Positions 1-8,536 of a stretch of DNA of 64,000 nt are shown here, piece by piece. This DNA is from Rhodocyclaceae bacterium (GTDB lineage: Bacteria > Pseudomonadota > Gammaproteobacteria > Burkholderiales > Rhodocyclaceae), in NCBI GenBank assembly GCA_050486545.1, contig JBJHDM010000006.1, positions 27,365 to 91,364 on the forward strand, read 5' to 3'. The position numbers and the translations under genes are program-made. Below the pieces are notes generated by a model that saw only the letters and a program-made list of their open reading frames with translations, did not search any database and was not told where the DNA came from. Each line of letters starts with the position of its first letter. Position 1 is the stretch's first letter.

Positions 1-2
1 GC

Positions 3-320
3 AACGAGTTGCTGGGGCCTGCCGACGCGGACGAGCAAACCGAATCCTACAAGGGCCGATTCATCGACCTGCTGAACCTGCGCTCATTCGACTACGCCGA
101 CTTCGACTATTCGGAAAGCCGTGTCGACTACGGATTCCTGCGCTATCTCGCCGAGCGCCTGAGCCAAGTGGTCGGTGAGCGGGACGCGATCTGGGTGCGC
201 GACCAGGTCATGGAGATCGAAGCGCCGGATGTCGTCGAGTCGATCCGCAAGGGCATGCGCGGACTGCTCGGGGAGGCCCCGCGACGCACGGGCGAGCGTG
301 CCCACGCAACCGGAAACTGA
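3..320 (+). CDS. hypothetical protein, 3' part of a gene that begins upstream of the window
   Basis: The frame is open from the window edge to the stop at 318-320. Codon usage is GC3-rich like the neighbouring genes. No motif is recognisable in the ~105 visible residues. Confidence 0.35.
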   Translation, partial: NELLGPADADEQTESYKGRFIDLLNLRSFDYADFDYSESRVDYGFLRYLAERLSQVVGERDAIWVRDQVMEIEAPDVVESIRKGMRGLLGEAPRRTGERAHATGN

Positions 321-385
321 AAAGGAAACGGCCCGAAACCCGACCCCACTGCAACGCACGGGGCCAGATTCCGGACCGCGACGGA

Positions 386-697
386 TCAGCCGATCTTCGC
401 TTCGTCCGTGCGGGTCTGTCCCTTGTTGTCGACCCAGGTCACGGCAAGGGATTCTCCCTTGGCTCCACCCTTGAACTTGAATGCAAAGAAGGGATTGGTC
501 GAGATCCCGCCGCTCATCCGGACGTTGAGGACCATCCGGTCATGGTGCTTCACGGACAGGTCGGTGATGTGGTGCGCGGGGATCAAGGCACCACCGGTAC
601 CCACTCGCCGACCGGTCTCCATCGGGTGTGCAGCCAGGATCCGCACGTCGGTCACGCCATCCTTCGCTACGGCACGGATACGCATCGCTTCGGTCAT
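386..697 (-). CDS. soxZ: thiosulfate-oxidation carrier protein SoxZ
   Basis: 103 aa, directly after soxY. The sequence looks SoxZ-like (MRIRA..DGVTDVRIL..HPMETG ... NPFFAFKFKGG). ATG at 697 is preceded by AGGAG. The track start at 703 is a TTG. Confidence 0.85.
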   Translation of the reverse strand: MTEAMRIRAVAKDGVTDVRILAAHPMETGRRVGTGGALIPAHHITDLSVKHHDRMVLNVRMSGGISTNPFFAFKFKGGAKGESLAVTWVDNKGQTRTDEAKIG

Positions 698-724
698 CGT
701 CAATTCTCCTGTCTGTGCCGCAAC

Positions 725-1189
725 TCAGCCGCAACCGCCGGCGGTCACACGAACCGCCTTCTTCGCGAAATGGAAGCTTCCATTGGCCCGGACCACCGCA
801 TAGACGTCGCAACTCTCGGCGATACGTAGATTGGTCTTGAACTCGGCGAGGGTCCCTTCCGGAATATCGAAGATCGCTGCAACCATGTAGGGATTCTTCT
901 CGATCAGGATCGCCGCCTGATCGGTACCGGGAATACGGCTGATCAGATCGGCGGGGACGACCGCGCCGTTCTCCGCGATGTCGGCAATGCCGATCACGAT
1001 CTCCGCGCTTTCCTTCGGGCTATCGGCCCCCAGACTCGCGAACGCCTCCGCGATGGTCGTGGCCTTGAAGACTTCCCGATCCCCCGCCGCACCGGCCACG
1101 CCCGGCCGGATCAAGCCGGCCGCCGCCAACATCCCGAAGAGGGCAAGACTGCCGCCCGCCTTCAGGGTCTCCCTACGCTGCACATCCAT
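725..1189 (-). CDS. soxY: sulfur carrier protein SoxY, Tat-exported
   Basis: 154 aa. Twin-arginine leader MDVQRRETLKAGG plus a hydrophobic stretch. The C-terminus is the SoxY swinging-arm motif VTAGGCG-stop. GGAGG lies upstream of the ATG at 1189. Confidence 0.9.
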   Translation of the reverse strand: MDVQRRETLKAGGSLALFGMLAAAGLIRPGVAGAAGDREVFKATTIAEAFASLGADSPKESAEIVIGIADIAENGAVVPADLISRIPGTDQAAILIEKNPYMVAAIFDIPEGTLAEFKTNLRIAESCDVYAVVRANGSFHFAKKAVRVTAGGCG

Positions 1190-1265
1190 CCTCGATTCCC
1201 TCCTCTGTGCGCCCCTTCGTACCGCGGCCGCACAGCGACGGCAACCGACACGCGCAGGCGACTTT

Positions 1266-2156
1266 CTATGCAAATTTCTCCAGTTTCTCGGCGCGGATCA
1301 CGAGCCCATCGAGTCCAGCCTGCTTCCCGGTCCCGCCATAGGCCACGGACAGCAGCTGCGAGTAGTAGACGACCGGCATGCTGAACTTGGTTCCCTGCTT
1401 GCGGTTGATCTCGCTCTGATAGACCTCGACGTTGGCCTGGCAAAGCTGGCACGGTGTCACGATCATGTCCGCACCGTTGTCGTAGGCCGACTCGACGATG
1501 TCGCGGATCTGCTTCTGCGACTTGTCCGGCTCGGAGAACGCGAGTGCGCCACCGCAACAGGTGATCTTCTGGTCGTAGGGCACCGGCTCGGCGCCGACGA
1601 TCTCGACCATCTTGTCGAGGTACTTCGGATCCTCGAACGATTCTCCGGCGATGCCGAACGGCCGGTTGGTCTGACAGCCGACGTAGCCGGCGATCTTCAG
1701 TCCCTCGAGCGGCTTGACGACGGGCTTCTTGATCCCTTCGAAACCGATGTCTTCGATCAGGACCTCGACGATGTGGCGGGCACGCACTTCATTCTTCAGA
1801 TGCAGGCCGGCCTCGCGCAGCGCCTCGTTGGTTTCGGCGAGCAGGCTGTCGGATTCGTGCAGGCGCTCGACGGTCTCGCGCGTCGACAGCCAGCAGGCCG
1901 GGCAACCCGAGACGAGGTCCTGTCCGGGAAGATGCTGTTCGACCAGCGACAGGTTGCGCGCGTTGACCGCCAGGCGGGGCAACTCACCGCCCTCGGCGTA
2001 ACCGATCGACGCGCCACAACAGTTCCAGTCCGGAATCTCGTTGAGTTCGATGTCGAGCTTCTCGCACATCACGCCCATCGAGGTCAGGAAGTTCGATGCC
2101 GAGGCGCCCTTCTGCGAGGAACAGCCCGGGTAGAACGCGTATTGCTTCTTGGTCAT
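1266..2156 (-). CDS. hdrB: heterodisulfide-reductase subunit B-like protein with two CCG domains
   Basis: 296 aa. Two CCG-type Cys motifs (DWNCCGAS, KITCCGGA) plus the accompanying Cys residues. ATG at 2156, 14 nt after the hdrC stop. Confidence 0.85.
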   Translation of the reverse strand: MTKKQYAFYPGCSSQKGASASNFLTSMGVMCEKLDIELNEIPDWNCCGASIGYAEGGELPRLAVNARNLSLVEQHLPGQDLVSGCPACWLSTRETVERLHESDSLLAETNEALREAGLHLKNEVRARHIVEVLIEDIGFEGIKKPVVKPLEGLKIAGYVGCQTNRPFGIAGESFEDPKYLDKMVEIVGAEPVPYDQKITCCGGALAFSEPDKSQKQIRDIVESAYDNGADMIVTPCQLCQANVEVYQSEINRKQGTKFSMPVVYYSQLLSVAYGGTGKQAGLDGLVIRAEKLEKFA

Positions 2157-2170
2157 GATTTCACTCTCTG

Positions 2171-2791
2171 TCAGGCCAGGCCCTTGCGGCGATCCTCGAT
2201 CTCGCGCGCCTTGGCGACGATCCTCTGGATGGACGCAGGGTCCTTGCAACGGTGCCCGCCGAAGATCTCCATCGGATTCAGGCGCTTGGCTTTCATCAAG
2301 CCCATTCCCACCTTCTGCATCGCCAGCGCATTCTTGATGCCCTGCACGAAGCCGTCCTTGAAATAGACGCTGAGCGAGAACTTCAGTTCGTTGACGCGAC
2401 CGGTCTTGACGAAGTTGTTCCAGAAGATCGTCGCGACCTCGCGCGTGGGTTGCCCGGCCGGGGCGAGACCAAGCCGGTACGAATAGTTCGCCAGCCCGTG
2501 CATGATGTGCGTGATCGGCAGTTTGCGCGGGCAGCGCACGATGCAGCCGTAGCACGACGTGCACATCCACATCGAGTCCGACGTGAGCACTTCTTCGCGC
2601 TTGCCGGACATGATCATCATGAAGATCTTCTGCGGCGAGTGCTCCCAGTGGGGTCCGAGCGGACAGGAGCCCGCGCACACGCCGCACTGCATGCACATCT
2701 TGACCCAGTGCCCTTCCTCAACCCGTTCCTCGACCTCCTTGAGGAAGTTGCCCTGGTAGCGGGCCACGGCCTGGCTGTTTGCGTCACTCAT
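2171..2791 (-). CDS. hdrC: heterodisulfide-reductase subunit C-like 4Fe-4S dicluster protein
   Basis: 206 aa. CMQCGVCAGSCP and CTSCYGCIVRCP ferredoxin motifs. GAGGAG RBS. Confidence 0.85.
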   Translation of the reverse strand: MSDANSQAVARYQGNFLKEVEERVEEGHWVKMCMQCGVCAGSCPLGPHWEHSPQKIFMMIMSGKREEVLTSDSMWMCTSCYGCIVRCPRKLPITHIMHGLANYSYRLGLAPAGQPTREVATIFWNNFVKTGRVNELKFSLSVYFKDGFVQGIKNALAMQKVGMGLMKAKRLNPMEIFGGHRCKDPASIQRIVAKAREIEDRRKGLA

Positions 2792-2872
2792 GTTGGAGAT
2801 TCTCCTCGATAGCGGGTTCCCGCCCCTGCGCCAACGCGCAGATCGTCCGCCGGGTATGTGCGTTCGAATCCA

Positions 2873-5110
2873 TCAGAACTTCATCGGGGACAGCCCGATC
2901 TCCTGAATCTGCGCCACGTAGTCGTTGATCAGCTTCGCGATGCGCGCATGATCGGTGATCGCAACCTCATGGCTGACCACGCGCTCCTTCTCCAGCGACA
3001 TCTGCTCGAGGGTATCGTCGACCTTGCTCATGCGGTAGTAAGCCATTTCCGAACCCCGCACGAAGTGGCACTGGTAGTCGTCGCCCTTCTTGCAACCGAG
3101 CATCATCACCCCGTCGTAGCCGGAGTTGAGTGCATCCGTGATCCAGATCGTGTTGACCGAACCCAGGCAGCGGACCGGGATCGCGCGAACGAAGGCCGAG
3201 TACGTATGGCGCTGCAGCCCTGCCATGTCGAGCGCCGGGTAGGCGTCGTTCTCGCAGGCAAGGATCAGGATGCGCGGCTTCTCCTCGAACTCGTCGGGGA
3301 TCTCGACCGCCTTGACCTGGCTGCCGACGGTGTCGACCGAGTAGTTCTCGAAGGAGATGACCCGCACCGGGCAGGCCCCCATGCAGGTTCCGCAACGACG
3401 GCAGCGCGACTCGTTGAACTTCGGAAAGCGCCGTTCGTCCTCGTCGATCGCCCCGAAGGGGCATTCGACGGTGCAGCGCTTGCACTGCGTACAGCCTTCC
3501 AGGCGTACGATCGGATACGACAGGTCGCCCACACGCGGATGCGAGGCGCGCCCGCGCTCCGCATTCTCGACCGCCTGGATCGCTTTCAGGGCCGCACCGG
3601 TGGCGTCCTCGGTCGCCTGGAACATGTCCATCGGGCGGCGCACCGGACCGGCCGCGTAGATGCCGGTGCGGCGCGTCTCGTACGGGAAGCAGATGAAATG
3701 ACTGTCGCCGAAGCCGTGGCGCAGCTGGGGCATGTCCGGCCCCTGGCGATAGGTCAGTTTTAGGACCGACTGCGAACGCAGGCGCTCGCGCTCCTCGGCG
3801 GCCTGTGCATCGCCGCCTTCGGCGACGGTGACGACCTTGTCCCACTCGTCGAGGTTCACACCGGCATTGGGCACCAGGCCGGTCGCGAGCACGACCAGAT
3901 CGGCTTCCTTCGTCGTCTCCTCGTCGAGAATCAGATCCTTCACGGTCAGTGTGCAGGACTCGCCTCCAGTGACCGCGGTGGCCTTGGCCTTGCGGAAGAG
4001 CACCCCCTTCTTCTGCGCGCTGCGGTAGAAGTCCTCGCCCATTCCGGGCACGCGCAGATCGTCGTAGAGGATGACGGTCTCGACCTCTGGATTGGCATCC
4101 TTGAAGTACATCGCCTGCTTGATGCTGGTCGCACAGCAGTGGCCCGAGCAATACGGCAGATGCTGGCCGCCCGCATCGCGCTGGCCGGCACACTGGACGA
4201 AGACGACGGACTTGACCTCCTTGCCGTCGGCCCGCGTGAGCGGCTTGCCGTCGGCTTCGCGTGCGAGCGCCTCGACCCCGACCTGATCGACGACATTGGG
4301 CTGACCGCCGCCGAGTTCCGGCAGCTTGGCCAGATCGTAGGTCGTGAAGCCGGAGGTCTGGATGATCGCGCCGACCGTCTCCTCGGCCACCGAACCGCTT
4401 TCCTGGGCAATGCTCGCCTTGAAACGTCCCGGAGCCCCGGACGTCTCGGCCAGGGTGGCATTCAGATGGACGGTGATGCGCGGATGGGCCGACACGAGTT
4501 CGGCCAGCGCTTCGGCGCCGGTCGGCTGGGCTTCGGCATAAGGCGCGCGGAACGGCGTGCGCTTCCACATCTGGCGGGCGAACCCGCCGAGCGCACCCGA
4601 TTTCTCGACGAGCACGACTTCGTAGCCCGCCTCGGCCGCCTCGTGCGCGGCCGTCATGCCCGACATGCCCCCGCCCACGACCAGGATGCGCTTGCTCGCG
4701 TTCTCGACCGGAGCGCCCGCGGGCACCGTCATCTTCTTGACTTCGGCACACCCCATGCGTACGTAGTCCTCGGCCATTTCCTGGCGGACTTCGTCGTGCT
4801 CCGAACCTTCCGCGACTGCCCACAGCACCCCTTCGCGCAGGTTGGCCCGCGACATCGCCACGCCGGGAAAACGGAACGCTTCGGTCTTGGAACGTCGCGA
4901 ACAGGCCGCGATACACAGGTGCGTGACCCCTTCGTTCGCAATGTCGTCGCGAATCCGTTGCACGCCTTCGGCGTTGCACAGGAAGGAATGGCTGCGCACG
5001 AGCGCCATCTTGCCTTCCTTCTGGGCGATCTTCTCGAGCGTATCGACATCGAGCGCATCGCCGATGCCGCAACCGGAGCAGACGTAGGCTGCAAATTTGT
5101 TATCGGCCAT
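2873..5110 (-). CDS. qmoB: QmoB, HdrA-like flavoprotein with ferredoxin and MvhD-like domains
   Basis: 745 aa. FAD motif VVGGGMSGMTAA. CTQCKRCTVECP and CRRCGTCMGACP motifs. C-terminal MvhD-type domain (ILILACENDAYPALD...MMLGCKKGDDYQCHF). ATG at 5110, 2 nt after the qmoA stop. Confidence 0.85.
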   Translation of the reverse strand: MADNKFAAYVCSGCGIGDALDVDTLEKIAQKEGKMALVRSHSFLCNAEGVQRIRDDIANEGVTHLCIAACSRRSKTEAFRFPGVAMSRANLREGVLWAVAEGSEHDEVRQEMAEDYVRMGCAEVKKMTVPAGAPVENASKRILVVGGGMSGMTAAHEAAEAGYEVVLVEKSGALGGFARQMWKRTPFRAPYAEAQPTGAEALAELVSAHPRITVHLNATLAETSGAPGRFKASIAQESGSVAEETVGAIIQTSGFTTYDLAKLPELGGGQPNVVDQVGVEALAREADGKPLTRADGKEVKSVVFVQCAGQRDAGGQHLPYCSGHCCATSIKQAMYFKDANPEVETVILYDDLRVPGMGEDFYRSAQKKGVLFRKAKATAVTGGESCTLTVKDLILDEETTKEADLVVLATGLVPNAGVNLDEWDKVVTVAEGGDAQAAEERERLRSQSVLKLTYRQGPDMPQLRHGFGDSHFICFPYETRRTGIYAAGPVRRPMDMFQATEDATGAALKAIQAVENAERGRASHPRVGDLSYPIVRLEGCTQCKRCTVECPFGAIDEDERRFPKFNESRCRRCGTCMGACPVRVISFENYSVDTVGSQVKAVEIPDEFEEKPRILILACENDAYPALDMAGLQRHTYSAFVRAIPVRCLGSVNTIWITDALNSGYDGVMMLGCKKGDDYQCHFVRGSEMAYYRMSKVDDTLEQMSLEKERVVSHEVAITDHARIAKLINDYVAQIQEIGLSPMKF

Positions 5111-5112
5111 GT

Positions 5113-6399
5113 TCAGGCGGCCTCCGTCGAAGCAGTCTTGTGGATCACTTGGATGGCACGCAGCGATGCGGCCGTCGCGTTCTGCACCGCGCGATTGACG
5201 TCGAGCGGGCTGCTCGCCGTTCCCGCGCCGAACATGCCGCCGTCGCACGATCCTTCGATGAAGGCCGAGCTGTCCAGAAGAAGGTCTTCCGGCAGGCTGA
5301 CCCCCTTGATCGCGGGTTCCATGCCGACCGCGAGCACGACGAGGTCGTGTTCGTTGGCGTAGCGGTGATAGCCCTCGGTATCGACGCCATGCAGCACCGG
5401 GTTGCCGTTCTCGGTGTTCTCGGCGATGCGTGCGACCTTGGATTTCACGAAATGGACGGTCTGGTCGGCGCGCACCTGCTGGTAGAAATCCTCGAAGCGG
5501 TCGATGACGCGCATGTCGATGTAGTAGATCGTCGAGCGCCCTTCGTCGCCGCAGGCGTCATGCACGTACTGGGTCTGCTTGAGCGAAGCCATGCAGCACA
5601 CGCGCGAGCAATGGCGCAGATGGTTCTCGTCGCGCGAACCGGCGCACTGGATGAAGGCGACGTTCTTCGCCTCCTGCCCGTCCGAGGGCCGCAGCAGCTT
5701 GCCGCCCGTGGGCCCACCCGGATCGGCCATGCGCTCGAACTCGACGCTGGTGATGACGTTCTTGAAGCGCCCGTAGCCGTAGGGCTGGATCTTCGCCGCA
5801 TCGTAGGGGCGCCATCCGGTCGCCCAGACGATCGCGCCGACCTGAAGCTCGACGCTTTCCTCCTGCATCCCGAGATCGATCGCGTCGAAGCGACAGGCCG
5901 CCTTCGCCTTCTCGCCCTCCTCGGTACCGACGATGGAAGGGTCGAGCACGTAGCGCTGCGGATAGGCCATGCCGTGCGGCAGATGGGCCGCCTTGACGGT
6001 ATCGAGCCCGTAGTTGAACGGATTGGGCACCTCGGCACTCACCGCCCGGCCGCAGTCGCCACAGGCCGTGCAGTTTTCATTGACGTAGCGCGGCGAGACC
6101 TTGAGCGTGGCGGTGTAGTTGCCCCGCGCTCCGGTCACCGACACCACTTCGGTCATCGTCATCACCCGGACGTTGGGATTGCCGCGAACGCGCTGGAGAT
6201 TGATCTCGAGCCCGCAGGTCGGGTGGCACATCTTCGGGAAATAGCGATAGAGCTGGGCGGTACGCCCACCCAGGGCAGGCGTCTTCTCGACGAGAATGAC
6301 CTGCTTGCCGCACTCTGCCGCTTCGAGTGCCGCCGTCATTCCGGAGATGCCGCCACCGACGACCAGGATGGTCTGGTTGGTTGCGATTGAAGCCGTCAT
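5113..6399 (-). CDS. qmoA: QmoA, HdrA-like FAD protein
   Basis: 428 aa. VVGGGISGMTAALEAA dinucleotide motif and HdrA-like Cys pattern. First gene of qmoAB-hdrCB. GGAGG RBS. Confidence 0.85.
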   Translation of the reverse strand: MTASIATNQTILVVGGGISGMTAALEAAECGKQVILVEKTPALGGRTAQLYRYFPKMCHPTCGLEINLQRVRGNPNVRVMTMTEVVSVTGARGNYTATLKVSPRYVNENCTACGDCGRAVSAEVPNPFNYGLDTVKAAHLPHGMAYPQRYVLDPSIVGTEEGEKAKAACRFDAIDLGMQEESVELQVGAIVWATGWRPYDAAKIQPYGYGRFKNVITSVEFERMADPGGPTGGKLLRPSDGQEAKNVAFIQCAGSRDENHLRHCSRVCCMASLKQTQYVHDACGDEGRSTIYYIDMRVIDRFEDFYQQVRADQTVHFVKSKVARIAENTENGNPVLHGVDTEGYHRYANEHDLVVLAVGMEPAIKGVSLPEDLLLDSSAFIEGSCDGGMFGAGTASSPLDVNRAVQNATAASLRAIQVIHKTASTEAA

Positions 6400-6453
6400 C
6401 GAGCCTCCGAGAGCGTTGATCCTGGATTCGTCCCCATACGCACGAGTCCAGTC

Positions 6454-6473
6454 ATGTTCCTGACGTGGAACAT
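6454..6473. promoter_or_regulatory. 7-6-7 inverted repeat ATGTTCC-N6-GGAACAT in the qmoA leader/promoter region
   Basis: Perfect inverted arms read directly from the sequence, 55-75 nt upstream of the qmoA ATG. Operator or 5'-UTR hairpin. Confidence 0.3.
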
Positions 6474-6515
6474 CCCCGAATGCGACGGGCTGCCGGATTC
6501 GGGTGAAACCAAGCC

Positions 6516-6589
6516 GTATTAGGCGTCTCCGGCGGGCTTCCCGTCTATTACCGCCTTGGGGTAAAACGGGTAGCCCACATGGGTGATGG
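6516..6589 (-). promoter_or_regulatory. conserved 74-nt upstream element, copy 1 (upstream of qmoA)
   Basis: Aligns with 13640-13712. Identical blocks of 11, 13, 8, 5, 3, 7 and 4 nt flank a 15-nt variable spacer. An extra shared 9-mer GCAGAACGG lies at 6595-6603. Confidence 0.55.
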
Positions 6590-6634
6590 ACCTTGCAGAA
6601 CGGCTCTATACAAGGGTTTGGACGTGATCAGGCA

Positions 6635-8485
6635 TCAGAACACCACGTTCAGCATGACCATCATCACGACCAGGAACAGCACCGTCATGATACCCCCGGC
6701 GCGCATGAAGTCCTTCACGCGATAGCCGCCCGGCCCCATGATCAGCGCATTGACCTGGTGTGTCGGGAGGAAGAACGAATTCGAGGTCGCCAGCGCCACG
6801 GTCAGGGCGAAGACCGCGGGATTGGCCCCGGCGATGACCGCCAGGTTGACCGCCAGCGGCACCAGCAGCACGGTCGCACCGACGTTGGACATGACCAGCG
6901 TGAAGAAGGTCGCCAGGATGGCAAGCGCGGCCTGCAGCACCCAGGTCGGCACATCCCCGAGCACGGCGACGGTCGAGTATGCGATCCACGCGGCCGTACC
7001 CGTCGTTTCGACGGCCAGCCCCAGCGGGATCAGGCTCGCAAGCAGAAACACCGATTGCCAGCCCACCGACCGGTAGGCCTGGTCGACCGTGAGCACGCCG
7101 CTCACGATCATCCCGATGGCGCCCGCCATCAGCGCGAGCGAAAGGCGGATGTCGGTGAACAGGATCAGGCCGAGGGCCAGCGCGAAGAAGGCGAGGGCAT
7201 GCGGAACCTTGTGCGGGCGTCGCTCCTCGTGCGGATAATCCGCCGTCACGACCGCGAAGTTGCGATTTCGCTCGAGTGCGGCCAGATCCTCCCAGCGGCT
7301 GTGCACGACGAGCGTATCACCCGCGCCCAGCGCGAAGTCACGCAAGCCCTCGCGGATCGCTTCCTCGCCGCGATGAACGGCGAGCACTGCCAGCCCGTAG
7401 GTCTTGCGCATGCGGATCTCGTGCAGCGTGCGTCCGATGAGCTGGGAGCCGGGCGGGATGACGATCTCGGAAATCCCTGCCTGACCGGGATCGAGGGTCT
7501 CGGCGAAGCGTTTCAGCTCGCGGCTGCGCCGCATGCCGAACGTAGCCACGGACGATTCGACGGTCTCGCGCGAACCGCACAGCGCGAGCACCGCACCGGC
7601 GGGAATCACGACGTCGCGCGCCGGGGCGATGCGCACGTCTCCGGAACTGTCGAGGGCGATGATCGGATGGCGATGTCCGAACAGGTTCTCGGCCTCCTCG
7701 ACCGTCTTTCCGACCAGCACGCTGTCGGCGTTGAGCGCGACCTCGTGGACCTCGCCATACACCCCGTAGGTGTCACGCAGGTGCTCGAGGATCCCGACCC
7801 CCTCGGCACCCTTCGACTCGACCACCGGCAGCACGAACCGGCCCGCGAGGATGAAGTACAGGATCCCCGTGGCCAGCAGCACGACCCCGATCGGCGTGAC
7901 GTCGAACAGCTCGAAGGTCTTCATCGGCTCGACGCCCGCCGGCAGCGTGCGGTTCGAGGTCAGGATGAGATCGTTCAGCAGGATCAGCGGACTGGACCCG
8001 ATCATCGTGATCGTGCCGCCGAGGATCGCGGCAAAGCCCATCGGCATCAGCAGGCGCGACATCGGCAGGCCGGTGCGGCTCGAGATGCGCGAGATCACCG
8101 GCAGGAACAGGGCAGCCGCCCCGATGTTCTGCATGAAACTGGAGATCACGCCGACCGTTCCGGCCACGGTCGGGATCACACGCTTCTCGGTCGAGCCCCC
8201 CACGTTCAGGATGAACGAGGCGACCTTCGCCATCAGTCCGGTGCGGTCGAGACCCGCACCGATGATCATCACGGCGATGATCGAGATGACCGCATTGCTG
8301 GCAAAGCCGTCGAAGAGGTTCTGGACGGGAATCAGATGCGGGATGCCCGGAATCACCGAGGTCAGCCCGAGCAGGACCATGACGAGAACCGCTGCGACAT
8401 CGACGCGCACGATGTCGGAGACGAACAGGAATACCGTGAAGGCCAGAAAGCCGAACACCCAGATCATCTCCGGGGTCAAGGTCAT
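6635..8485 (-). CDS. SLC13/DASS-family anion permease with two central TrkA-C domains
   Basis: ~616 aa. Hydrophobic N- and C-terminal halves separated by a ~200-aa soluble insert with TrkA-C-like repeats (IVIPPGSQLIGRTLHEI...). Start uncertain: ATG at 8485 or TTG at 8497. Confidence 0.75.
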   Translation of the reverse strand: MTLTPEMIWVFGFLAFTVFLFVSDIVRVDVAAVLVMVLLGLTSVIPGIPHLIPVQNLFDGFASNAVISIIAVMIIGAGLDRTGLMAKVASFILNVGGSTEKRVIPTVAGTVGVISSFMQNIGAAALFLPVISRISSRTGLPMSRLLMPMGFAAILGGTITMIGSSPLILLNDLILTSNRTLPAGVEPMKTFELFDVTPIGVVLLATGILYFILAGRFVLPVVESKGAEGVGILEHLRDTYGVYGEVHEVALNADSVLVGKTVEEAENLFGHRHPIIALDSSGDVRIAPARDVVIPAGAVLALCGSRETVESSVATFGMRRSRELKRFAETLDPGQAGISEIVIPPGSQLIGRTLHEIRMRKTYGLAVLAVHRGEEAIREGLRDFALGAGDTLVVHSRWEDLAALERNRNFAVVTADYPHEERRPHKVPHALAFFALALGLILFTDIRLSLALMAGAIGMIVSGVLTVDQAYRSVGWQSVFLLASLIPLGLAVETTGTAAWIAYSTVAVLGDVPTWVLQAALAILATFFTLVMSNVGATVLLVPLAVNLAVIAGANPAVFALTVALATSNSFFLPTHQVNALIMGPGGYRVKDFMRAGGIMTVLFLVVMMVMLNVVF

Positions 8486-8536
8486 CGATTCGCTCAAGCG
8501 GGGTCTCCGGTCAGGATGAATGCGTACGAACGGGGG

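Noticed and set aside
2873-5248. N-terminal extensions offered by the ORF track for many genes, including qmoB, soxY, hdrB, nuoC/F/G/H, secG, the hydrogenase subunits, arxS, pstB and the FKBP gene.
   Set aside because: The extensions are Arg-rich, overlap the upstream gene, and precede internal ATGs. Those ATGs have Shine-Dalgarno sequences and family-typical N-termini such as MADNKFAAYVCSGCG, MKKVVIDPVTRIEGH and MDVQRRETL.
6516-6589. Interpreting the conserved qmoA/sat upstream element as a riboswitch or structured sRNA.
   Set aside because: The best candidate helix, AUUACC pairing with GGUAAU in copy 2, is broken in copy 1 (AUCACC) without a compensatory change. The substitutions therefore do not covary. 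The direct and inverted DNA repeats fit a protein-binding promoter or operator better.
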